This document shows, piece by piece, positions 18,602-28,874 of a DNA stretch of 64,000 nt. How positions within the stretch are numbered: position 1 is the stretch's first letter; each line of letters opens with the position of its first letter. A program made the position numbers and the translations under genes. Under the pieces are notes generated by a model. That model worked only from the letters and a program-made list of their open reading frames with translations. It was not told where the DNA came from and searched no databases. The stretch spans positions 56,482 to 120,481 of the forward strand of contig JABHQR010000011.1 in assembly GCA_018696395.1 (NCBI GenBank). Direction: 5' to 3'. This stretch comes from an archaeon. Its GTDB lineage: Archaea > Nanobdellota > Nanobdellia > Woesearchaeales > GW2011-AR9.

Positions 18602-20161
18602 ATGAAAGATTTGGCTGAAAGGTTAAGAAATAACCAACAAAAGAGGGTAGGTGCTAAAGTAGAATTGTCTGAGTTAGATCAAAGAATAAAAAAATTAGAA
18701 CAAGAGATTAATCAATATCAAATTAGAAAAGAAGATCTTACTCAAAATCTTAATCAGTTAGGTAGTTCATTGATCGATGACCTAGTTGATGAAGTTAGAT
18801 CTTATACTGTTCAATTACAAGAAAGGGTAAGTGATTATGATTCAGTTGTAATCAAAAAGGATCTTCTTTGGGTTAATGTTGGACTTAAAAGAGATAAACT
18901 TGAAATTTCAACACAAAATTTTGAAAAAGATGATTTTGGAAAATTAATTTCAGTTTATGAACAAAATAAACATATTAAAATTATTGCAGATCAATTACAA
19001 CCTCAATATGATTTGGCATTAGAATTAAAAAATAGTATTGAAACATTAACAACAGATATTTCTAGCTTTGAACAAGAATTAGAACAAATCCAAAATTTAC
19101 CTGAACTAGAAGTGGGTAGTGTTGTATATCAAAAAGAAGATGGTTCTGTTGATGTATATCTTCCTGTAATGTTTATTATTGAAGAAGATCAAATAAAAAA
19201 TAATTTATTAGTTGATTCTTTAAATCATCATTTTTTGAATGCATTAACTGATATTGAATTTGGTGATGTTGATGAATTAGAAATTGAAGGTGTTACTAGG
19301 TATAATATTGATAATGTAAATAAATCTCAATTGATTAAAGAATTAAGAGAAAGAAATCCATCGCATTTTATTGAACATAATGTGAAATATCATATTATTG
19401 ATTTGAATGAATTAGAACAAGAGATATTAGGAATTAAGGATGTAAAAGATAATTTTGACCCTGCAAAGTTTGATGCAGAATTAGGAACTAACTTTTATTC
19501 GGTTACTAGGCTCAAACCAGGTGATTTTATTCCTATAACTGATACTGAAAAATTTACTGGAATGAAATATACCTCTCTCTATAGGTTTTTGGATCATGCA
19601 GGTGGTAATATGATCTCAAAGACTAATGGTGGTGTAGGGAGGAAAAGTGCAACCTTAATTGAAGTAAATTCTTTGTATGTTTCGTTTACTCAACATTATG
19701 ATACTAAATTAAACTTTATCTTTGCTGAGCAAGTTAAGTCTTTGTTTGATGAAAAATCAAGGGGGTTTAAGTATGAAATTAATGAGTCTAGGGACATTGT
19801 TAAAGAAATGGAAGAAAGAGGTTATTTAGCAGCAATAAAAACTTCAAAGGGTGATGTTGAAATTAATGCTTATTCAGAAAGATTAGTTCAGATTGGTATG
19901 GGTAATTATTTTATAGAAGTTTATTTTGAAGACCATAAAGCTGATTCTTTTAATTTTGACCAATTGAAAGATTTATTAGGTTATACAAACGATAAATCTT
20001 TAGTGTCTAAACTAGAAAAATTAGATGGATATCAAATTAATAAAAATAATACTGTGTCTGGTGAAATTATGTGTGATTTTATTAGGAAATTTAAATATTC
20101 TAGTAATGGGAAATGGATGAATCGTTCTTCATCCGATAGATATCAAAAAGTTAAATCATAA
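18602..20161 (+). CDS. Coiled-coil protein with shared operon domain and possible C-terminal HTH motifs
   Basis: AGGAG SD, ~165-aa coiled coil, VDVYLPV..EGVTRY..NPSHFIEHNVKYHIIDL, and IPITDTEKFTGMKYTSLYRFL (HTH-like). Confidence 0.75.
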   Translation: MKDLAERLRNNQQKRVGAKVELSELDQRIKKLEQEINQYQIRKEDLTQNLNQLGSSLIDDLVDEVRSYTVQLQERVSDYDSVVIKKDLLWVNVGLKRDKLEISTQNFEKDDFGKLISVYEQNKHIKIIADQLQPQYDLALELKNSIETLTTDISSFEQELEQIQNLPELEVGSVVYQKEDGSVDVYLPVMFIIEEDQIKNNLLVDSLNHHFLNALTDIEFGDVDELEIEGVTRYNIDNVNKSQLIKELRERNPSHFIEHNVKYHIIDLNELEQEILGIKDVKDNFDPAKFDAELGTNFYSVTRLKPGDFIPITDTEKFTGMKYTSLYRFLDHAGGNMISKTNGGVGRKSATLIEVNSLYVSFTQHYDTKLNFIFAEQVKSLFDEKSRGFKYEINESRDIVKEMEERGYLAAIKTSKGDVEINAYSERLVQIGMGNYFIEVYFEDHKADSFNFDQLKDLLGYTNDKSLVSKLEKLDGYQINKNNTVSGEIMCDFIRKFKYSSNGKWMNRSSSDRYQKVKS

Positions 20162-20179
20162 ATAAAATAAGGATATAAA

Positions 20180-21421
20180 ATGACAACTGGAAATCAAGAC
20201 AAAAACTTAACTTATGTTGAAGCAGCAAGATTACTAGAAGTTAAACCATTAGATATATTTAAAGAAGTTAGGCCAGGAAATTTAGAAACTGTAATGTTAT
20301 CTGATGGGATGTCTTATGTTTCAGAATCTGTAATTACCAATATGTTATTGGAAAGAGTTAAAGAAAATGTTTCTTATATCGTTGAAGAACCAGGAGTACA
20401 AAAATTAACTGAAGAAGAACATGTAGGCGCAGAAATTATTGGAGCTGGATCTATTTTTGAAGAAATTGATAGTTCTAGTTCTGTAGATAATGACCCTGTT
20501 ATACCTATATCTGAAAAGACCACCACCTTGTTATCTGATTCTTCAACTGTTATCAATAAACAAGGTTATAAAAAAATCGGTTCAACTAATGTTAATCCTG
20601 TTGTTGATTTAGAAAAAACACTTTTAGGAAGTAAAGTATTGGAATATAAAAAAGAACATGGTGAAATGAATGTTGGAAATTTAATTCCTTGTTTAGGACA
20701 ATATTTTGGTATTGTGGGTTTAAGTAAGTTGAAACAAATTTGTGATAAAAATAATGATTATTCTTTAATTAAATCATTTTTTGATGAAATTAAAAATGAT
20801 ACCTTTTGGTCAGGATATATTGTTGATCTTGATAAAGTATACAACTTGATTGTTAACAATTATCTTGAGATTGGTATTCCTGAAAAATATGATATTGAAC
20901 TAAACCCTCAAATATTTTCTCCTGAAAATATTAAAAAATTAGAATCTCAATTACAACAAGATTTAGTATCTATTACCAATAATGGAAATGGTGTAAGTGA
21001 TGGAAATAAGTTGCAATCTGAACTTGAGATTGGGAAAATATCTCAAGAAATTGGTTGCCCAATTGAAATAGTAAAGAATTTAATTAGTGAACAATATGAC
21101 CCAATATATCTATATGCTGGAATAATTAAAGCCTTGGATTTAGATAAAAGTAGTAGTAATCCGAGAATTGGCAATAATACATTAAGTGTGACTAATGTAA
21201 ATAAAAATTTTAGAAGAGCATTAAATACTGGTGGCGTTCATTGTATAAAAACCCCATTTGAATCGATATTTAAGTCTTTACCAAATGAGTTATTATTCAC
21301 TAAACGTAATAGGGCTAAGGAGACTTGTTATTCATTAAATCCTGCTTGGGGAGTAATCACTGAAGGAACTGTTCTTTACGATTTTTTAAATCATTATTTA
21401 GAAGGAAGAAATGAAAACTGA
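20180..21421 (+). CDS. Protein with N-terminal excisionase/MerR-like HTH
   Basis: LTYVEAARLLEVKPLDIFKEVRPGNLE..GMSYVSESVI, homologous to the N-terminus of the next ORF. Confidence 0.7.
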   Translation: MTTGNQDKNLTYVEAARLLEVKPLDIFKEVRPGNLETVMLSDGMSYVSESVITNMLLERVKENVSYIVEEPGVQKLTEEEHVGAEIIGAGSIFEEIDSSSSVDNDPVIPISEKTTTLLSDSSTVINKQGYKKIGSTNVNPVVDLEKTLLGSKVLEYKKEHGEMNVGNLIPCLGQYFGIVGLSKLKQICDKNNDYSLIKSFFDEIKNDTFWSGYIVDLDKVYNLIVNNYLEIGIPEKYDIELNPQIFSPENIKKLESQLQQDLVSITNNGNGVSDGNKLQSELEIGKISQEIGCPIEIVKNLISEQYDPIYLYAGIIKALDLDKSSSNPRIGNNTLSVTNVNKNFRRALNTGGVHCIKTPFESIFKSLPNELLFTKRNRAKETCYSLNPAWGVITEGTVLYDFLNHYLEGRNEN

Positions 21422-23414
21422 AATCTTTAATTATATCAGTGCAGCAAGAAGGTTAGGGTTAAGACCACTAGAAGTTATTTCTAAAGTGAAATCTGGTGAT
21501 TTAGAAGTTATTGTTGGTGATGATGGGATTAATTATATCGTTGGAAGTTCTATCCATAATTATCTTAATCCAATTGAAGAATCTCCTTTAATAGAAGTTA
21601 CTCCTGTTGTTGGCATGCAAAAATTGATTGAAGATGTTGTTGAAAATAGTAAACAAAAATCAAAAAATCTTTTTAACAGGCGAAACTTTTCATCAGAAAT
21701 ATCTGAACCTAAAGTTGATTCTAGAATCTCTGTTCCTCGAAAAATTTATGATGAAAGTGAAATGGAAGAAAAAGTATTAGGTACACTACATAAATTATTG
21801 TTAAGAAAAGGTAAAAGTGTCCATTCAGTTTACAGTAATTTTAATAGTTGGTTTAGAAAAAACTTTCCAGATTATGATCCGGTTGAGTATACTACTAAAT
21901 TGCAAAGTGAAAGTAAATTAATATCTAAGCCTAGGAAAGGGGGTGTTGCTATATTTCCCCCAGTTGATGAATTATCTTTTATTGAAGTTACTGATCATGA
22001 GGAATTAGAATTATTAATTAATAGATATTTGGAGGGGGATGATATCACCAGGTATGATTATCCAAATAAAAAATTAAATCGTGAAAGGGAAATCTCTTTT
22101 TTAGAAAATAATATATTAATTACTCCTAAAACTTCGTTAGTTTATTTGTCTGGCCCACAAGCTTTAGAACAACCTTATTTTGACGGATTAAATATTCGTA
22201 GAGAAAATGTAACTAGTGTAGAAAGAAAAATTGCCTATGCTGAATTGATTAAAAGAGATGTTCCTGGCATAAATTTATTTAAAGGAGAATTGTCGCACTT
22301 TGTATCTATTGATAACAATCAGAAAGATGCTTATTTGATTGATTATGATGGTTATGTTAAAGAAGATACTGTAAGGATTCTTGAAAAAATAGTTAGAAGA
22401 CAATTATTAAAAGATAAATCTGTATTAATGACAAACTATTTTGGAAATAGGGAACAAGAAGAACAAAAATTTTTTTATCTTGAACCTTTAGTTTGTTCTG
22501 ACTTAGACTCTTTTAAATTAGTTGGTGGGGATTCAGTAACTGACCATTTTGAAGATGACATTATTGATCAAAAGAAAGAAAATGGTTATCATGATTTAAG
22601 AGATAATGGGATTACCGCATTATCCATGAAAATTTTAATGGGTAAAGATACATTTCAATTAAATGAAAGAGTTCTTCGTATTATGCCTGATGAAATGAAA
22701 GAAAAATTTGGTAATTATCATGATTCTCATCATGATTGTAATAAAGATTATGCATGGTATATTGGAACTAATGATCTTATGAGAAAAGGGTTAATGGAAT
22801 ATTTTATAGGTGAAGAGCAAGAAACATTAGCTAAACTGGTTTTTTTAGTTGGTGTTGCAGAATCTCAACCTTATTTTATTACTAATCTTGAAAGAAATTG
22901 TTATTATACAAAAGATGGCCATAATCTATTTTATACTGATATGTTTGCTCTTGACAGGAAGGCTGAAACATTGAATATGTTAATTCAAGAAGAAAAAATA
23001 AGGCCTTTATATTTTGGAGAAAAAAATGTTGAGGAGTATAATGATTTTTTTAATACTTTAAAATTGAGGGAGCAAAATAGATTAACAAAAATTATTGATA
23101 ATGCTTATGATGAAATTTCTAATTTATATCGTAATTTCTTTTTAGTTAAGGATTTATCTGAACGAAGATTGTTAGGCGATGGGAAGAAAAAGAGAAGTAA
23201 AGTTGTTGAAGTTGAAGGACTAGGAACAATTAATCCTAGAGTTAAAAAGAAAAGAAAATTATCTAAAGATGATAAGGTTGAATTATACCACATGTTTAGT
23301 GAGGGATCTGGTAATTATGAAGCAGTAAAAGAAAGGTTTAATATCTCTTCTCAGCAATATGCTGCATTTAAACAGAGTTGGTATAGGAAACATAGTTCTG
23401 GAATAGAAAATTAA
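21411..23414 (+). CDS. Multidomain protein: Xis-like HTH, winged-helix-like domain, putative class I SAM methyltransferase fold, C-terminal HTH
   Basis: FNYISAARRLGLRPLEV; HSVYSNFNSWFRKNF..KLISKPRKGGVAIF; LVYLSGP..VTSVER..LFKGEL..DAYLIDYDG; LSKDDKVELYHMF..ERFNISSQQYAAFK. Overlaps the upstream gene by 11 nt. Confidence 0.6.
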   Translation: MKTEIFNYISAARRLGLRPLEVISKVKSGDLEVIVGDDGINYIVGSSIHNYLNPIEESPLIEVTPVVGMQKLIEDVVENSKQKSKNLFNRRNFSSEISEPKVDSRISVPRKIYDESEMEEKVLGTLHKLLLRKGKSVHSVYSNFNSWFRKNFPDYDPVEYTTKLQSESKLISKPRKGGVAIFPPVDELSFIEVTDHEELELLINRYLEGDDITRYDYPNKKLNREREISFLENNILITPKTSLVYLSGPQALEQPYFDGLNIRRENVTSVERKIAYAELIKRDVPGINLFKGELSHFVSIDNNQKDAYLIDYDGYVKEDTVRILEKIVRRQLLKDKSVLMTNYFGNREQEEQKFFYLEPLVCSDLDSFKLVGGDSVTDHFEDDIIDQKKENGYHDLRDNGITALSMKILMGKDTFQLNERVLRIMPDEMKEKFGNYHDSHHDCNKDYAWYIGTNDLMRKGLMEYFIGEEQETLAKLVFLVGVAESQPYFITNLERNCYYTKDGHNLFYTDMFALDRKAETLNMLIQEEKIRPLYFGEKNVEEYNDFFNTLKLREQNRLTKIIDNAYDEISNLYRNFFLVKDLSERRLLGDGKKKRSKVVEVEGLGTINPRVKKKRKLSKDDKVELYHMFSEGSGNYEAVKERFNISSQQYAAFKQSWYRKHSSGIEN

Positions 23415-23420
23415 TTTAAA

Positions 23421-23660
23421 TTAATCTGTTCTCAAAATCTTAACTAACTTAACTACTGCAACTATTAACCAAATCGCATTTAATATGATGAATGGCCATG
23501 ACATAATCATGAAAGAATATAATGTTAATAATCCTGCTCCAATGATGTTGATAAGATTATAATTTTTATTTTCTTGATTAAAATTTTCATAAAATTCATT
23601 TAATAAAAATGCTAGAAGAATTAATATCATACCAATTAATCCAATTATTGTGTTTATCAT
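23421..23660 (-). CDS. Small membrane protein (CBU_0592-like)
   Basis: 79 aa, three hydrophobic helices, IGLIGMILILLAF..YNLINIIGAGLL..WPFIILNAIW. Confidence 0.75.
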   Translation of the reverse strand: MINTIIGLIGMILILLAFLLNEFYENFNQENKNYNLINIIGAGLLTLYSFMIMSWPFIILNAIWLIVAVVKLVKILRTD

Positions 23661-23693
23661 CTTGTTATAGTTTATATTTATTTTATCAGTTAA

Positions 23694-24401
23694 TTATATC
23701 ACTCTTGACCTAGAATAACTTTCTGCTTTTTGAAATGCTTGTTCTCTTCTATTGAATAAACCTTGTAATTCTAAAAAGTGGTCTCCTAAATTTTTGATAA
23801 TATCTTTTCTTTGTTCTGATGTTTTCTTTAAACTAGCCAAATATTTTCTATGTGGCATTTCTAACAGTGCCACTGAATGTTCTAATGAAAGTTTTTGACT
23901 TAAGAACAAATTTATTTCATCATAAATTGATGCCAATTTTGTTAAATGATTATCAAATCCTTTAACCTCTTCTATTGTTGTTTGAAATCCATGGAAATCA
24001 TCTTTTAAGATTTTATTACTTAAATAGTCTACTTTTCCTTGCATTACAACTGAATCTTTAATTTGTGATCCATTATTTTTTGATTGAAAATTAAGAAGTT
24101 TTATTTCAGTAATAGCATTACTAATACCTCTCATTTTTTGGTGGGTAGAATTTCCATTTTTTAGATTTTCAAATGAATTATAACATTTAACTAGTTTATC
24201 ATGAAGTTGTTTTTGTTCTTCGGCATTAAGATGTTCTAAAATTTGGTGAGCTTTACTTTTAGATAATTTTTTATTTATGCTACCAGATTGAGTTAAAAAT
24301 GGTTGTAACCAATTTTCTTTAAAAGAATTTAAGTTGGTATCTACGCAGCTTAAGCTATCTATCTCTCTTTTTATGTCCTTGATGCACATGGTAGTTAGCA
24401 A
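23694..24401 (-). CDS. Hypothetical helical protein
   Basis: 235-aa ORF; start may be ATG 24389. Confidence 0.7.
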   Translation of the reverse strand: MLTTMCIKDIKREIDSLSCVDTNLNSFKENWLQPFLTQSGSINKKLSKSKAHQILEHLNAEEQKQLHDKLVKCYNSFENLKNGNSTHQKMRGISNAITEIKLLNFQSKNNGSQIKDSVVMQGKVDYLSNKILKDDFHGFQTTIEEVKGFDNHLTKLASIYDEINLFLSQKLSLEHSVALLEMPHRKYLASLKKTSEQRKDIIKNLGDHFLELQGLFNRREQAFQKAESYSRSRVI

Positions 24402-24515
24402 AAAGTAAGGTTATTTAAAGGTTGTGATTAAGATCACTTTTTTGTTAAACGCAAACATATATAAATGAAAACATCTTTTCTAAAATTATTATAATTAAGT
24501 AAATTTAAGTGGTGG

Positions 24516-25055
24516 GTGAAAATAGTACAAAACAAAAAGAAGTCTAAAAAAAATAATGTTGTATCTAAAAATGCACCATCTTTAGACTTTAGAGGGAAAT
24601 TATCTTATCTATTCAAATTAAAAAATAATAACAATAGTAAAATTAATTCTAATTCTAAAAAAAATGGTAAACATCCATTATTCAAACAGAAACTTGAATT
24701 TGGTCAAAGAGCGGCTGATTTTATTGCATATTGGGGAGGTTCATGGCATTTTATCATTTCATTGATTTTAATACTGATTATTTGGATGATACTTAATACT
24801 TGTATTGTGATATTTAAATGGGATCCTTATCCTTTTATTTTAATGAACTTATTTTTATCATGCTTAGCGGCATTACAAGCACCAATTATCTTGATGAGTC
24901 AGAATAGACAAACAGAACGAGATAGGTTAGATGCTAAATATGATTATATAGTTAATCGAAAAGCAGAACGTGAAATCCAAGCAGTTCAAAAAGATCTAGA
25001 GGAAATAAAAAGAATATTGAAAAGAGTTGATAAAGGTGGAAAACGTTGGTGGTAA
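24516..25055 (+). CDS. DUF1003-family membrane protein
   Basis: GQRAADFIAYWGGSWHFI..WDPYPFILMNLFLSCLAALQAPIILMSQNRQ. Confidence 0.9.
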   Translation: MKIVQNKKKSKKNNVVSKNAPSLDFRGKLSYLFKLKNNNNSKINSNSKKNGKHPLFKQKLEFGQRAADFIAYWGGSWHFIISLILILIIWMILNTCIVIFKWDPYPFILMNLFLSCLAALQAPIILMSQNRQTERDRLDAKYDYIVNRKAEREIQAVQKDLEEIKRILKRVDKGGKRWW

Positions 25056-25063
25056 GGTTTATC

Positions 25064-25642
25064 TTAACTTGTATACTCCTCTTTTAAATTAGTTAAATGT
25101 GTGAAATAAGCGCCAATACCATTATTAACAATATCTAACATCATATCTATAAGGGATTTTTTTTCATAATGTTCTTCTGTTAAGTTGTTCCTGATTTCTG
25201 TTAATTTGTCTCTACCACTTTTTTGATAATCTAAGTATAATTTTTTCTCAACTTCAATTAAATCTTTAGTTAAAGATTCTTTACCATAATCTGTTTTGTA
25301 TAAATTAGCTAAAATTTCTAAATCTTGATCTTCATAATCAATTTCAATATTAACAAAGTTTCTTAATGATTCTCTTCTTGTTTTATCTGGGATTGCTCTT
25401 AATGCTTTTTCGATAAAGGTCGTTCTAATGAGGTTGAAACAATCATATCTTTTATTAAAATCATCAGCATAATTTCTGACATTTCTATCAAAATAATTTA
25501 TAACAATTTGTTTTCCAAATTGAATAACATCTTCTTTTTTAAAATTAGGATCATAATCTAATGATTGTAATTGTTTTCTATATTCATTCACTGTACTATA
25601 TTCTGCTAGAATTTGTGCAAGTGTTAATTGTTTGTTTGTCAT
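25064..25642 (-). CDS. Hypothetical protein
   Basis: 192-aa ORF; no motif recognised. Confidence 0.65.
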   Translation of the reverse strand: MTNKQLTLAQILAEYSTVNEYRKQLQSLDYDPNFKKEDVIQFGKQIVINYFDRNVRNYADDFNKRYDCFNLIRTTFIEKALRAIPDKTRRESLRNFVNIEIDYEDQDLEILANLYKTDYGKESLTKDLIEVEKKLYLDYQKSGRDKLTEIRNNLTEEHYEKKSLIDMMLDIVNNGIGAYFTHLTNLKEEYTS

Positions 25643-25754
25643 ATTATTTATTATTGTAACCTTATTTATTTACTTATCTGCTGATTTCTCTGTTTATCTA
25701 TTTTAAATGAAGTATAATTGTTAATATTAGAATTAAAGAAAAAAAGAAAAAAAA

Positions 25755-27758
25755 TTAAAATAATGTTAATCCATAAACCACTAACAATGGTGCGAAAACT
25801 ATCGCGAATGTGTTAATTACTTTGATTAACGCGTTTAATGCAGGTCCAGCAGTATCTTTGAATGGGTCACCTACAGTGTCACCAACTACGGCAGCTTTGT
25901 GTGCTTCACTACCTTTACCGCCAAAGTTCCCATCTTCAATGTACTTCTTAGCATTATCCCAGATTGCTCCAGCATTTGCCATGAATAAAGCCATTAACAA
26001 ACCTGATAAAATTACACCAATTAGTAATGCTCCTAACGCTTTTACTCCAAGGAAATATCCCACTAATAATGGTGCTAAGATTGCTAATACAGCTGGTAAT
26101 ATCATACTTTTTAATGCTGCACTTGTTACGATATCAACACATTTAGCATATTCTGGTTTGCCGCTACCATCCATGATACCTTTAATTTCTTTAAACTGTC
26201 TTCTAACTTCTACAACAATTTTCTGAGCAGTGTTTCCTACTGCAGTCATACATAATGCTGAAAAGATAAAAGGTAACATACTACCAATGAATAAACCTAC
26301 CAGAACAATTGGGTCAGTTAATCTGAAAACTAGTTCTTCAGTTAATACGTGACTAATCTCTTCAGTAAATGCTACGAATAATGCTAGTGCTGCTAATGCT
26401 GCAGAACCAATTGCGTAACCTTTAGTAACAGCTTTTGTGGTGTTACCTACTGCATCTAACTCATCAGTAATATTTCTTACAGATTTATCTAAACCACTCA
26501 TTTCAGCAATACCACCAGCATTGTCGGTAATTGGACCATAACTATCTAATGCAATGATCATTCCTGTTAATGATAACATTGATACTGCTGCGATAGCGAT
26601 ACCATAAACACCTGCAAATTGGTAAGATGCTAAAATTCCTGCACAGATAACTAATACCGGTAATAGGGTTGACTGTAAGCCAAAAGCTAAACCTGTAATC
26701 AAGTTTGTACCCGCTCCAGTAGTTGAAGCTTCAGCAGTTTTTCTAACTGGTGCATATTTTGTACTGGTATAATACTCAGTAATAACATTGATTAATAATG
26801 TGATTACTAAACCAACAATTGCTGCTAAGAACAAATTTAATGGGTTATTAGTGTACATAGTTGCAAAGTAAAATCCTACTGCTGCAATAACACCAGAAGC
26901 AATTAAACCTTTATACATAGCTCCCATAATATTTTTAGATTTACCTAACTTAACAAACCAACTTCCAATAATGGACGAAATTATTGCAATTCCCCCTAAG
27001 ATTAAAGGATATTCAATTGCCATATTATAAGTTGCTGATACGCTTGGAATTGTTGCTAATAACATTGCTGCAAGTAAAGTTACAACATAAGTTTCGTAAA
27101 GGTCTGCACCCATACCTGCACAATCACCTACGTTATCGCCAACATTATCTGCGATAGTTGCTGGATTTCTAGGATCATCTTCAGGGATGCCTGCTTCAAT
27201 TTTACCAACTAAGTCTGCGCCAACATCAGCGGCTTTAGTAAAAATTCCACCACCTACTCTTGCGAATAAGGAAATCAATGATGCTCCAAATCCAAGACCT
27301 ACAAGTAATGCTGGTTCTGGATATATTGCATAAAATAAACTTACTGCGAATAAAGCAAGACCAACTACTGCCATTCCTGTTACTGCTCCGCCTTGGAACG
27401 CTACAGATAAAGCTTCTTTAAGTCCTGTCTTTGCAGTTTCTGCGGTTCTTACGTTAGCTCTTACCGAAATATTCATTCCAATATAACCTGATGCTGCGGA
27501 TAATAATGCACCAAGTACGAAACCTGCTGCGATAGGAAATCCAAATAAAACCCATAAGATTGCTGTAATAATTACTGCGAAAATTGAAATAGTTTTGTAT
27601 TGTCTAGCCATGTAAGCCATAGCTCCTTCTTTAATAGCGTTAGAAATTTCTTGCATCTTTTCTGATCCCGCTGGAATTTTTAGGATCTTGAAAGAAAGGT
27701 ATGCAGAATATAGTAATGCTATTAAACTCATTATAATTGCAAAAATTGCTACTGACAT
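25755..27758 (-). CDS. hppA: Membrane-bound ion-translocating pyrophosphatase (K+-independent type)
   Basis: [46 protein letters not shown] (Lys at the K+-dependence position) and [17 protein letters not shown]. Confidence 0.97.
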   Translation of the reverse strand: MSVAIFAIIMSLIALLYSAYLSFKILKIPAGSEKMQEISNAIKEGAMAYMARQYKTISIFAVIITAILWVLFGFPIAAGFVLGALLSAASGYIGMNISVRANVRTAETAKTGLKEALSVAFQGGAVTGMAVVGLALFAVSLFYAIYPEPALLVGLGFGASLISLFARVGGGIFTKAADVGADLVGKIEAGIPEDDPRNPATIADNVGDNVGDCAGMGADLYETYVVTLLAAMLLATIPSVSATYNMAIEYPLILGGIAIISSIIGSWFVKLGKSKNIMGAMYKGLIASGVIAAVGFYFATMYTNNPLNLFLAAIVGLVITLLINVITEYYTSTKYAPVRKTAEASTTGAGTNLITGLAFGLQSTLLPVLVICAGILASYQFAGVYGIAIAAVSMLSLTGMIIALDSYGPITDNAGGIAEMSGLDKSVRNITDELDAVGNTTKAVTKGYAIGSAALAALALFVAFTEEISHVLTEELVFRLTDPIVLVGLFIGSMLPFIFSALCMTAVGNTAQKIVVEVRRQFKEIKGIMDGSGKPEYAKCVDIVTSAALKSMILPAVLAILAPLLVGYFLGVKALGALLIGVILSGLLMALFMANAGAIWDNAKKYIEDGNFGGKGSEAHKAAVVGDTVGDPFKDTAGPALNALIKVINTFAIVFAPLLVVYGLTLF

Positions 27759-27988
27759 TTTCAGTATACCCCCTAAGTTATCTTATTTTTTGATTATTAT
27801 TCTTAACGTTGTTTAATATAATTTTTCATAATATTTTATTCTCGGTTAAGTAGTAAGAATTGCGAACTCCTATTATTTATATATTTTACTATAGAGGGGG
27901 CACTTATTCGTAACTAAGTGGTGTGGAAAAAAGGGTTATTTTTAAATGTGTGTGTGTTAAGAATTAAATTAATAATAAAAAAATAAAT

Positions 27989-28294
27989 CTATTCATCATC
28001 GTCTCCTTCATCAGTGCCATCTTTGATTTTTTTAGCAGCTTCTTTGAAGGTTTCAATTTGTTTTTCAGTAAGTTCTTCATACATTAAGTATGCTTGCCTA
28101 ATGTTTCTTAGAAATCGAGATTTTTCATAAACATCTTTATCAATGTTTAAGAAGATATATTTTTTATCTGTAACTTCTTGTCTAAATATTTGTTTCATGT
28201 GACAATCAACACAAATGGGATAATCTCTTCTAGTTTTAAGAACCCAATTAGTTTTACATATTCTACATTTTTCTTTAAATTTTAGTCTTGCCAT
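27989..28294 (-). CDS. Small Zn-ribbon protein
   Basis: CRIC..CVDC motif and acidic tail. Confidence 0.75.
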   Translation of the reverse strand: MARLKFKEKCRICKTNWVLKTRRDYPICVDCHMKQIFRQEVTDKKYIFLNIDKDVYEKSRFLRNIRQAYLMYEELTEKQIETFKEAAKKIKDGTDEGDDDE

Positions 28295-28405
28295 GTATAT
28301 CGGTTTCTATAAAATGCAACAGAATTAATCAAAAACTATCGCTATAATAACTTAAAATAGAGGTTTAGTTATATATCTTTCGGGGAGATGGTTGTTTTTA
28401 GAGGA

Positions 28406-28774
28406 TTATTTGTTTTTTTTGATTAAATTTAAAAAATATTTTTTACTTTTGTTTTCTCCATAATATTTATAATAATCTGGTTTGAGGTTTATTTTTTCAA
28501 TTAATCTTTCTTTTATAATTTTGAAATCTCTTTGGTTAGGTTTGTAATCTCTTTTAATCATTTCTTTTTTGAGAAGTTCAAACTTTTTTTTGTAAATATT
28601 TTAACTTGTTTTTGAAGAATTTAATATGTCCTGGTCCAAGGAGTAATTTTCTGGTTGGTTTTTGATCTTTGGATGCTTTTTCACATGTTTAAGAAGCATT
28701 AGTATTTCATTATATTCTGCAATGAGATGTTGGTCTGCTAAGTATTTTGGTTGGATTAAATTAATTCGTACCAT
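28406..28774 (-). pseudogene. Pyrimidine-dimer DNA glycosylase (T4 DenV/endonuclease V-like), disrupted
   Basis: Manual translation gives MVRINLIQPKYLADQHLIAEYNEI. The conserved LGPGHIKFFKNKLKYL segment is in a shifted frame, with an in-frame TAA at 28601-28603. Frame is restored at an A8 run, giving ..IKERLIEKINLKPDYYKYYG. Not in the ORF track. Confidence 0.85.
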
Positions 28775-28874
28775 TGTTTATAAGATAAATTAATTTGTAT
28801 AAATAGTTCTTGAAACTACTTAATGGGAGCAACATTACAAAAAATTTATAAAAGAACTTAATTATTATACTAAT

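Noticed and set aside
20180-21560. Excisionase-like HTHs as evidence of a provirus
   Set aside because: No integrase, capsid, terminase, primase or att sites visible in the window.
27895-27925. CACTTA..TAAGTG hairpin upstream of hppA as a third operator copy or ncRNA
   Set aside because: Spacing and flanks differ from the GCCACT-N4-AGTGAC motif, and it is too short to support an RNA call.
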